A DNA stretch of 64,000 nt from Tubulanus polymorphus. Lineage: Eukaryota > Animalia > Nemertea. Where the stretch lies: NCBI RefSeq assembly GCF_964204645.1, contig NC_134026.1, forward strand, positions 17,828,150-17,892,149. Reading direction: 5' to 3'. The notes below the pieces were generated by a model. That model was not told where the DNA came from and did not search any database. It was given only the letters and a program-made list of their open reading frames with translations. Both the position numbers and the translations under genes were made by a program. Positions 1 through 29,004 of this stretch are shown piece by piece (the stretch's first letter is position 1; each line of letters starts with the position of its first letter).

Positions 1-545
1 CTGATGACACCAAAATGGCCACTTATTGCGTCATAATTGGCTGATCAAAAATACCTGCCTCAGGTATAAAACATCCCTTTCCAAAGAATACCCATCACAA
101 ATTGCAAACCAGTAGGAAGCTACAGGACTCAGAATTTGGACCAAAATTGACATTTTTGGGCACTAAAAAGGTCATAGGACAGCCATCTTGAGTCCGATCG
201 ACCCAATTTTTCTTATGCTGATGGGCCATTGGGGGATTCCAATAAATACAAAAGATCAAGGTAATTGATGAAAGCGTCTTCAAAATTTCCCTCAAAAAGT
301 TCAAAAATGTGTAAAAAGTGCTGGCGAACAACAATGGCTACCAGTCAGCCATCTTGATTCTGATAGGGCCAGTTTTTGGGTTGAAGATATGTCTAGGGTA
401 GATACATGTGTAACCCAAATATCAAGACATTACATTGAAGCGTCTTCAAAACTTCCCAAATTAACTTGATTCCATCTACCGACGGACGGACAATGGACGA
501 AAAGTGAACGCAATAGCCTGCTGGGACTTAAGTCCCAAGTGGGCT
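1..545 (-). mobile_element. Family A Helentron-like copy, cut by the window edge; more degenerate copies at ~1080-2377, ~10043-10215, ~42204-43080 and ~53800-54000
   Basis: High identity to 11868-12368 and 26619-27180; ends CCCAAGTGGGCT. Confidence 0.75.
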
Positions 546-574
546 AAAAATATCTAGGCTATATGTAGGCCTAC

Positions 575-18371
<17,797 letters not shown>

Positions 18372-19890
18372 GGTGATCTGATTCTACGAGCGTAAATAGA
18401 TTTATTGTTACAGCGTGTTAGGTCCTGTGTTGTTTATTATCAATTCCATATACCCAGTACTACAAAAGTACGAGCAAAAGTAAATTTCAGTCCTGTCAAA
18501 AAACCCGGAAGTATATCTACGGTTCGGACGTATGGTAAATATCGGAAAAGGGTAGCACCGAGAATATCCAAATCAGGGCATTCATCGCGGCATAACACCG
18601 CATATCAAAACCGGACCTTCTTCACCCGTCAAGGGATTCGAACCCACTACGCTAAAGCTGTTCTCCGACGAGTCGTTGGAGTCGTTACTAGCCGACCAGA
18701 ATCCGGTCGTACCAATCACAGCGCTTGTAACAAACCGTCAGTAGACTTATGTTGGTTTTCCCGTTAAATGGACCAATCAGCGAACGTTTTACCGAACAAG
18801 GAAGTATTTCGCAAATCGATATATGACGTCATGCGCAACAGCGCCAGTAATGGAATCACGCTTCGTGAGGCCAGGGGGGCTGGTGGAAGCGAGTTCGGGA
18901 GTGATACTGGCAAGCGAGGATGAAACCGGACAGGAATCCGTGTCGCGGCACTTGGCAGGAGTCCCGAATTATCCATATCAGGGAATTATTGAATTATCGC
19001 TATACCTGCACTATTCAACGAAATAAATTACATTTATGATACAAAGATAAACTTTTGATTCCGAATATCTTTGATAGTGCTGTCACAGAACTAATTTATT
19101 ACTACTATTAGACGTTTTTAGAAATTATAATTTTGGTTGACCTGACTTCTGCATTAGTAGGCCTTCGCAACATGGGTTTATTTTCTTAAGGTATGGGATA
19201 GAATAGTCTGAATACCAGTCGTTGTTAACGGTTCCGTACAACGTCTGACGCTAAAAAGTATCATATAGAGGTTAACTCCTGTTAATTGCAATGCAACAAC
19301 TGATTTTAGTGTCAAATCAAACCTTTGTATTAAAATAAATAAATTAGTTACCTTGTTGACTTTGAAAACGAGTTTTATAATAAGATTTTTGAAGATTTAA
19401 ATCGCGAACCGGAGAATTTATTGATTTGATTTGAATTGATTGCCACTATCGGGTTTCCAATACGGACTAAATTAATAAAATGTGAAAATTCAATATGTCT
19501 CTCTAAAATTACTCTAAATATTATTTTTTTGTTGATAAAACGCATAAATTTTGGTCAATTTTAACCTTAATAATTTGAAACAAGAATAATATCTGCATTG
19601 GCACCAAGTTTAAGTTCGAATCCGTAATTTACACTCCCATCATGCACCACGAAAAGCCGCCATATTTGTTATGTTGCTTCACTTCAACTGTTTTTTGAGG
19701 CGACTAGTCAAAAGTTTTGAGCTACTACGATCGTCAAAAGCTACTTAGGATTACAAATTTATGCACAAACAATAGTTAACTTCCATCTGATTACAGAACA
19801 GTCAGTTTGAGGTAAGTTGATGGTGCTTTAAGGGGTGAAATAGACGCTCAAAGCCTCGTCCCTCAAAATGAGGGACGAAAATTAACCTTA

Positions 19891-20868
19891 CCCCTGTGAA
19901 GCTGGCTCCCGGTTCCCGGTTCCTTATTCGGCTCCCGATTCAAAATGCTTTTGAACCGGGAGCCGAATCGGGAACCGGGAACCGGGAGCCGGCTACTGGT
20001 TCAGCTCCCGATTCAAAATGCTGTTGAACCGGGAGCCGAATCTGGAACCGGGAACCGGGAGCCAGCTACTGGTTCAGCTCCCGATTCAAAATGCTTTTGA
20101 ACCGGGAGCCGAATCGGGAACCGGGAGCCGGCTACTGGTTCAGCTCCCGATTCAAAATGTGAAGCTGGCTACTTATTCGCCAGGTGGCGCTGGTGTACAC
20201 TGTGCTGTAGTCCAGACATTTTACGTAACTATGTCTACTCTGCTGATAAACAAACTCGACCTCGACCTTGACAAGAAATCGCCAGGTGTGGCGCGAGCCA
20301 ATCCAGACGTCTAAACACGATTGCGTATGCGACCGCGAGACTCGCGGTCAGCTGTATGTAGCTATACGTCAGTAAGCTGCGTCTATTAATAACATAACTT
20401 GGTTTAAGAACGTGCGTATTGCTCGGTCGTTTTTCTCGTCACCAATCGACTTCTTCATATGTTATTCGCCTCTTTAATCATTTAATCAATAAACCATCGA
20501 TTGTTCCCGAGCTATAGGGTATTGATTAGTCAGCACTGAAAGGGTTAACAAGAGAGAAAGTTTCTAACGAAAGTTATCGAATCCCCAAGACAACAATATC
20601 TGCAAGCCCATGAAATTGTAAGATATAAAATAAACAGACGCTTTCTGCCTACCGTATAAATCACCCTTCATGCAGGGTAAATCCATTGTCGAAGATGAAA
20701 AAACAATCACTTCAATATTCTATTAAACTTAATATTTTCCTATCTATCAAATTCCATAGAAAAAAGACCGGGAATCGGGAGCCGGAACCGATTCGGCTCC
20801 CGATTCAAAATCCTTTTGAATCGGGAGCCGAATAAGGAACCGGGAACCGGGAGCCAGCTTCACAGGGG
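19891..20868. mobile_element. MITE with long TIRs (CCCCTGTGAAGCTGGCTCCCGG...), TA flanks and ~70-bp GC-rich subterminal tandem repeats (EnSpm/CACTA-like by architecture)
   Basis: The roughly 50-100 bp at each end are reverse complements; TA on both sides; unit CTCCCGATTCAAAATGC...GGCTACTGGTTCAG repeated across 19933-20160. Confidence 0.8.
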
Positions 20869-20899
20869 TATTAGCCTTATATGAGCACTTTCGCCCTAC

Positions 20900-22733
20900 T
20901 AACACAGCCAAGGATAAAGCCAACATCCTCAACCAACAATTCAAGTCTGCCTTCACAAAACAAAGTTGCATGACCAAAGAGGAAATCCAAGCCAAAGTTA
21001 AAATGGATGGAATCTTTCCAAAAATGGGGGATATAAACATACAAACTCGAGGAGTGGAGCAGTTGTTAAAAAATCTAAAACCAGGGAAAGCAGCTGGACC
21101 AGATAACATCAAACCTCGGATCCTGAAAGAACTTGCCACGGATGTAGCCCCCATTCTCACATTAATATATCAAAGATCCTACAATAACTCGGAAGTACCG
21201 GAGGACTGGCGGAATGCAAATGTCACCCCAGTTTATAAAAAAGGTGATAAATTTAATGCAATCAACTATCGACCGATATCATTAACATGTGTCTGTTGTA
21301 AAATGATGGAACATATCATCACCTCTAACATCATGAACCACGGAGAGCGACAAGGAATCCTCTACCCACTTCAACATGGTTTTCGTAGAGGCCTCTCCTG
21401 TGAAACACAACTGGCAGAATTTATTGATGATGTAACATCCAACATAGACAACAGAAAACAAACGGACTGCATTGTGATGGATTTCAGTAAAGCCTTCGAT
21501 AAAGTCAGCCACCAGCTACTCGTACACAAACTTGACCACTATGGGGTCTCCGGCAAAACAAATGCATGGATTGAGGCATTCCTTTCATGAAGAAAACAGG
21601 CAGTCGTTATTGAAGGAGAGTCATCTGAAACAGTGGATGTTGAATCAGGAGTTCCACAAGGATCGGTTTTAGGCCCAAGTCTATTCCTCTTCTACATAAA
21701 TAACATACCGCTGAATATAACATCTAAAATACGACTTTTTGCTGATGACACCATTGCCTACCTAGTTGTCTCTTCACAGAAACACGCAGAAGTGCTGCAA
21801 TACGACCTCGATCTCCTCACTGAATGGGAAACTAAATGGAACATGGAATTTAACACAGACAAGTGCCATGTCCTCAGTATCACAAGAGGACGTCCCCACG
21901 AATACACCTATAAGCTCCGAGGTCATATCCTATCACATGTACAGACAGCAAAGTACCTAGGTGTAACCATCACCAACAATTTGAAATGGACACCTCATAT
22001 TGAAGAACTTTGCAAAAAGGCAAATCGAACGATTGGATTTCTGAAAAGGAATGTTAACATAAACTCGATACATGTGAAGGACACAGCTTACAGATCACTG
22101 GTCAGACCCATAGTAGAATATGCGAGTAGTGTCTTGGACCCATATCTCCAGACTGACATACACCGATTGGAGATGATCCAACATCGAGCTGCAAGATATG
22201 TCACAAATCGTCACCACAATAGATCCAGTGTAACAGATATGTTGTCCCACCTACAATGGCAGTCACTACAGGAAAGAAGAAGACAGGCCAGACTCACACT
22301 ATTGTATAAACTCGCCAACGAACAAACTTTGGTTGATACGAGCACACGCCTGGTTCCACCTGTTCGTAAAACTAGAGAATCGCACTCGAAAGCTTTCCAA
22401 GTCAAGTTCTCCCGTACTGAAATCAAACGACAATCCTTCTATACCAGAACAGTCAGGGATTGGAACGCTCTACCTGCAGATACTGTGTCAGCGGAGAGTA
22501 CGTATCAAAGCTTTTAAGACTCTTCTCTCCCACACCGCTTAGCTTAAAAACTCTTATTATTATTATTATTATTATTACTATTATTATTATTATTACTATT
22601 ATTATTATTATCATCATTATTATTATATTAATACTAAATTTATTAGTAATGTCTGTATATATTTATTTGCGCACACCTACACTGTGTTTCATCAACCAGT
22701 TGATGTTGACAGATATCGGAAGAAGAAGAAGAC
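20900..22733 (+). mobile_element. 5'-truncated CR1-group LINE (reverse transcriptase) with in-frame stop at 21588-21590, (ATT)n in the 3' UTR and a (GAA)n tail
   Basis: RT motifs GPDNIKPRILKE, NYRPISLT, QHGFR, DFSKAFDKV, SGVPQGSVLGP, RLFADD, KYLGV and the C-terminal SFYTRTVRDWNALP. Confidence 0.92.
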
Positions 22734-23359
22734 AATAGACGTTGTTTCAGGAACAACGGCTAGGCACTAAGAGACTAGGGATAGAAGTGTACACTTCTAT
22801 GGTATGGGCAATTTATCGATCGATTTTCAGTTCCTCATGCACTATCCAACAGTGAATCTAAATAATAGTTGACAATTGTTATACAATTTGACTAATTTAT
22901 TTTTGATGCAGTAATTGTTTATATCTTTAAGTACGGTTATGTGTTTTTCTTTCGAGTAATAGGTTCAGTCTTAATTCATCCGCTAGACCACGTGGGTTTA
23001 TTATTGTTATTGTTTACGTCTAGCGAAAAATATGGTCTGCGCATGCGCCGGTCTCTTGTGAAAAATAAATTCGCGACCGGACAGTGCTGCCACACGTCAG
23101 TACTTTTCGTAATGGTGGTTGTCAATCCGTAGAGTCTGTTCGCTTGCAAATTCCCCGAATCTTTCTTCAAAATGTCATCATTATGGTCCCGAACTCTTCC
23201 ACCAAAGTTGAAGACGATGAATTGGAATGTACAGAAGGGTTAGTGTGTTGCAGGATTCTATTTTACTTTACTTTCTTGTCTGACCATATTCGTCAAAGGC
23301 GAATCTATGTCAATGTGGAGCCGCCGGCCGGCAGGCCTGGCTGGCACAGTCACTTGAAT

Positions 23360-25292
23360 CACAGGCACTTGAATATGGGCTTTGATAATGGATAAATATT
23401 TGATAATTCACCAGCGATACGTTGTTCCTACTTCGATAGATCCGCCATGTTATATAATAAATTTACCCATGATGCAACGCGCGCCCGTCATTTAGCTATA
23501 CTATACAGAAAGGCTGGAAACGATCCTATCTCCGTAATGCTTAAATCTACCCGCAGTTATCGGGACAGCCGAACACTGCCGATGATTGCCGAAGTACGTC
23601 CCAAGGTGTCAATGTTTATCCTGAAATATAAGGAGCGCCCATAATTTCAATTGTAGATAATTTTTTTGGAAACTGACTTTTTGGAAATTGACACTGTTTT
23701 AGCTCCATTAAAGATTTTAAATGGCAACAAAATTGAATTTTTGACGCCTTATAAAACGTTACCATTATGAAACCTAAACAATGCTAACCATTCAGCGTCA
23801 TTTTACAAACGACAACCGTAAATCGATGTGCAAAACGTCACAGGTTTATGTGTACACATACAAGCGATTTGGCAAAATATTATTGATAAAGATGTAGAAT
23901 GGCTCCCGTGATTATATAATGACCTCTATTTGAACGTCGGAATGTTATATTGCATTGAATATCATGAGAAGACGTATTGTAATAGTAAAGGATGTATGAT
24001 TATATCAGGAGCGGCAGGCATAAATAGAAATGATAAGTAAATCGGATTATTCGGTTAAATGGCGGATGTATACACGATTTGGAAGTCTGATATAAAAGTC
24101 AGACCCTGTCATGGGGATGCTAGTGGAATGACGAAGCTATCTACGATCTGAGTAGGGCCGGCGTGAATTTCATCGGCGGCTACAAGCGGTCTATATAAAA
24201 ACGTGTAAACATATAATTTCAATATTCAAATGTTTTAGAAAATATGTTCGATATTAGGGGTATGCAGGTTTCATGAGATTAGCAATTTATAATGGCATAG
24301 CTGTCATATACGGCTCCGCGTCCACTGATGGCATGTGTATAAGGTGACAATTCAATTCAATACTTTATTGATCCTTATTACATTGAAATTCCAGGATAAA
24401 ATTCCCAAATTCAATAAAGTTACAAATTTTAAACTAAGAAAATACAAAATACAAGACACATGGGTAATTCATACAGAATAACATGAATAAGTTATTTAAA
24501 TGACGATGTCTACTTCAACCCAGACTCAAGTCTAGGATATCGAGTGACAGCCAAACCAGGCCCCTGGACCGGGCCGGCTGGCTACACAATATGCTCGAAG
24601 TCATGATGAAGCAGACATCAGAAGAGCTCTTTCTTCAACCATGGAGGCAATGAAGTTTCAGAGAAGCTTAGAGCAAAAGTGAATCGAAGTCGGTCACAAG
24701 TTGACAATTTTTTTTAATTAGACCAGTCGAAGACTGTATCATCGCCAAATCTCATAATTCCCCAAATTTCTTAAAACTTTGATTTCAAATTTGCAATTCC
24801 ACATTAGCTTATCCCAGAAATTCTACATTTTTTCGCAGGCGTCAAATAATTTATCAAAGTTAATTTTCTTGTTTTTAATTAGACCAGTCGAAGACTGTAT
24901 CATCTACCTAATCGCCAAATTTCATAATTCCCCAAATTTCTTAAAACTTCGATTTCAAATTTGCAATTCCACATTAGCTTATCCCAGAAATTCTACATTT
25001 TTTCGCAGGCGTCAAATAATTTATTAAAGTTAATTTTCTTGTTGAAAATTCGCGATGCCTCTTCGGGATTGCTGTGACGTCATCTGTCCCGATAACTGCG
25101 GGTAGATTTAAGCATTACGGAGATAGGATCGTTTCCAGCCTTTCTGTATAGTATAGCTAAACGACGGGCGCGCGTTGCATCATGGGTAAATATATTATAA
25201 AACATGGCGGATCTATCGAAGTAGGAACAACGTATCGCTGGTGAATTATCAAATATTTATCCATTATCAAAGCCCATATTCAAGTGCCTGTG
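23360..25292. mobile_element. Non-autonomous TIR element with ~209-bp near-perfect TIRs and a 7-bp TSD (P-element-like)
   Basis: 23360-23568 is the reverse complement of 25084-25292; termini CACAG...CTGTG; TSD CTTGAAT on both sides; internal ~165-bp direct duplication at 24716-25040. Confidence 0.85.
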
Positions 25293-26618
25293 CTTGAATA
25301 TGGGCTTTCATTATGGTTGATAAATCATTAGTGATACATGTTCACTCAGAACCTTAGTGTCAGTGGTATATTGCTATTGCGACCCTGGCCTAGTCAGTGA
25401 CCTGACTGTGGTTTAGTTTCACAATTGGATATTTTCACAAACCGCAGTCAGGAATGGGAACGTCATTTTTCAATGAAATCTTCGTGAGTCATTCTGACTC
25501 ACGAGTAATTTGCCTGGCATTTGCTAGTCTTTTGAGATATCCGTTTAATTTTTGTTGCAATCAAGGCACAACAGATTTGTAGTTTGTTTGAAACCTATAA
25601 CAGCTCACCTGACGATCTTAATCCATGTGCAAATCGGTCGTAAAGTGAGAGTAAATTTCCATCGAGTCAACTGCGGCCATTTTGAAAACTCCTGGAGAAC
25701 GTAGCGGCCGTGGCAGATAGTGGCGCTCTAAGATCAAAACGCCCGCGAGAAACGGTATTAGCTTGGCTGAAATGTCGATGATAGTAATGGTAATAATCTT
25801 TATTGATGCGAATAGTTTGGGGAAGCTTTGTCGCTCTTCAGGCAAATGACTGTTGCATGTGGTAAACATATTTATTAATGGGAACAGGTTTTTTAATGAT
25901 TTTCAACAATGTAAATGACATAACTATATTTATTGTATGTCAATTAAGTATCTGAACGGCAATCAAAAATGGTAATTGATTATTAGTGCAACAAAGAATT
26001 TAAAATCATCGCGATATGTGTCGATGCGCTAATCCTGTTAGATAAAACTAATGAAATAAACGATATATAGATAAGTGATGAATCATTCATAATACGACCG
26101 ATATTGCATACACAAAATGAACGCCAATTTAACCGTTCATTGTTTTAACTAAACTTCTTCGAATTTCCAATTTAGTGCTATATCTCTTTAAAAGTTTTTT
26201 CACAGTCGAGCCATTTGCCAACACCTTATAACGATATTCCGGGAACGATCGATGGCAGCGCTCCTGCTGGGCTTCTATGCATGTCTACACATATAATTTC
26301 TTTGCAAAAGATCACTTTCCATTGAAAGTATTTACAAGCATTTACCTTGTATTTCTTCGCCAAACGGTTTGGGAAAAAAGTGCTTTGCAGATTTGGCAAG
26401 GTGGACAAACGTTGCATGCAAATGAACCGCGATCTGGTATATATCTAGAAAGGTCCTCCTGCTGAAACATCACAACGAATTTTCGGATATCCGCTTCGAA
26501 GTTATCCTTTCGACCGCACCACTTTTGAAATTCTTTTTCTGTTACCGTTGATACATACGTAGCATCAAGCGCACGACCGAACTCTCCGACCATGCGGCTC
26601 TACCTTTCTACGGTTTTT

Positions 26619-27874
26619 AGCCCACTTGGGACTTTAGTCCCAGCGGGCTATTGCGTTCACTTTTCGTGCGTCGTCCGTTCGTTCGTCCGTCCGTAGACGG
26701 AATCCAGTTATTTTGGGAAGTTTTGAAGACGCTTCAAGGTAATGTCTTGATATTTGGGTTACACAAGACACATCTTCAGCCCAAAAACTGGCCCTGTCAG
26801 ATTCAAGATGGCCGACTGGCAGCCATTGTTGTTCGCCAAAATCAGCACTTTTTACACATTTTTGAACTTTTTGAGGGAAATTTTGAAGACGCTTTGATCA
26901 ATTACCTTGATCTTTCGGATATATATGAATTCCCCCAGGGCCCATCAGCATAACAAAAATTGGGTCGATCGGACTCAAGATGGCCGTCCTATGACCTTTT
27001 TAGTGCCCAAAAATGTTAATTTTGGCCCAAATTCTGAGTCCTGTAGCTTCCTACTGGTTTATCATTTCTCATTGCAATTTGTGATGGGTATTCTTTCGAA
27101 AGGGATGTTTTATACCTGAGACAGGTATTTTTCATCAGCCAATTATGACGCAATTGGTGGCCATCTTGGTGTCAGCAGTACTCATTCGTAAGTGGGAAAA
27201 AGTTTTTCCACATTATATTGATACCTAAGCGTATTTTGTTACCACAATCATTTAGAAAGCTGTAGCTCATAACGTGTTCTATGATTGTGGTGAGTTTCAA
27301 GGCCATTGGTTTTTGTATATGGCCACCAGGGGGGGCGTTAAATAATGCAATATCTTAGTATTTCTATATTATATTCGTATCAATGCATATTTTGTAACCA
27401 CAATCAATTGCAAAGTTGTAGCTTATGACATCATCTATGATTGTGGCAAGTTTTAAGGCCATTAGTTGTTCTATATGGTCACCAGGGGGCGTTGAATAGT
27501 AGAATAACTTAGTATTTCCTTATTATATTGGTACCTAGGCATATTTTGTTACCATGATCAATTACAAAGTTATAGTTCGTGACATGTTCTATGATTGTGG
27601 TGAGGTTCAAGGTCATTGGGTTTTGAATATGGTCACCAGGGGGCGTTGAATAGTAGAATACTTTAGTATTTCCATATTAAAGTGGTAACAAGGCATATTT
27701 TGTTATCACAATCAATTACAAAATCGTAGCTGCTGACATGTTCTATAATTGTGGTGAGTTTCAAGGTCATTGGATTCTGTATATGGTCACCAGAGTGGTT
27801 GAATATTGAAATTGTTAGATTGTTGCGCATTTGGCACCACTTCCCAAGTGGGCATGGTGTCCCTGGACCCCTAG
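26619..27874 (+). mobile_element. Non-autonomous Helentron/DINE-1-like element (family A) inserted into a transposase exon
   Basis: 5' hairpin AGCCC..GGGAC..GTCCC..GGGCT, (CGTC)n tract, internal ~120-bp tandem repeats, 3' CTAG, T-rich flanks with no TSD. Removing it rejoins the peptide ...GMLTE|KTVER.... Confidence 0.75.
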
Positions 27875-29004
27875 TTTCAGTTAACATGCCATTTGCATCT
27901 TTCAGTGAATCTACGAAAATAGTTATAAACTTTCATTTTCAAGGAAAAAAATCTCAATTTGTCATTCTGATTTTGAACGTAAAATGGATCATAGGAAATT
28001 TACCATTAAATTCGCGATTCAAAAATTCGTTCACCAGATCCATTTCCAAGTTTTGACCGTTTCCACCTCGGTAATTGACCGTTCTATTCCATACCAGGTC
28101 CTGCTTCAAACGTTCCGATAGCCAACCATTCAGTCCTAGAATAAACGGTAAGAATATCTTGAGAATAATTGATATGTCCGATATGATATTAATCGAATTC
28201 ATGGTATCCTATAAAATATTTACCTGCCGTTAGACGATGTCCCAATATTGCATATTTACTGTGGTTCTTTATAAAAAAACGAAGCATTGTCTGTTCTCCA
28301 AAATTGGCAGATGACAGGGCCATCATTTTCACGAATGGCGTCCCGTCTTACTAATTCTTGAAGGCCCGTGAATAATAATACGCTGCTTGTATAATTCAGT
28401 TTGAAGTCATCACCTGTCTTCTTTTTAACTTTTTGACAGATAGCCGAACAGTACCACGATCCACCTGCAAGTACATGTATTATTTATTACTGGTGATTTA
28501 TAATTCCGGAAAAATTGAGTTGCTATTTAAAAAAACGTTTGTTAATAAACAAAAAGTGACATTAAGTACCTGGGATAGCACCGGCCGGTATTCCAACGCA
28601 GCTCAAATGGAACCAGCTACCATTTGGACAGTTTATATTATCGCACCCAATCATTCCAGCCGTCGAACCATGATCTTTTTTACAGGCGCAGTAAGGGTAT
28701 TGTTTCAGACGACATTCGTCTGAAAAATACCAATCTCCAACTAAATCGTCGGCATCGACATCCATACAGACTAAATGGAAAGTTTTGTACTTGAATAATC
28801 CATTAGCGCAACCGACCGTTGGTTCTTCATCACCTGAATCTGAAAAAGGAGTGAATTAATATTCCATAATTGAGGATTCCTCTGAGAAGAGAGAACATGA
28901 GGCTTATATTTACATTTACCTTCATTACATATACAGGGAGAATTGTCTTCTTCGTCCCTGAGAATACAGTGAATTCTAGCCTCAGTCAAATAATCCGGCC
29001 ATAC

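Larger units (their letters stand above)
19204..22777 (+). mobile_element. Non-autonomous Academ(H)-type element carrying a nested MITE and LINE
   Basis: Termini TAGTCTG...AGAGACTA; perfect 9-bp TSD GGGATAGAA at 19195-19203 and 22778-22786; body homologous to 38967-39615 in reverse orientation. Confidence 0.85.

Noticed and set aside
95-334. Recurrent small protein family HQHKKNWVDRTQDG (also 11817-12137 and 26907-27119)
   Set aside because: These are chance ORFs in non-coding family A repeats, with inconsistent starts and ends.
19933-20160. CRISPR-like array
   Set aside because: The units are contiguous tandem repeats without unique spacers, inside a MITE in eukaryotic DNA.
21588-21590. 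Programmed readthrough or selenocysteine at the TGA in the LINE RT
   Set aside because: The copy is 5'-truncated and has other lesions, so a nonsense mutation is the simpler explanation.
28562-28765. Host ING-family PHD gene
   Set aside because: The PHD exons splice into flanking transposase motifs and no ING N-terminal domain is visible.
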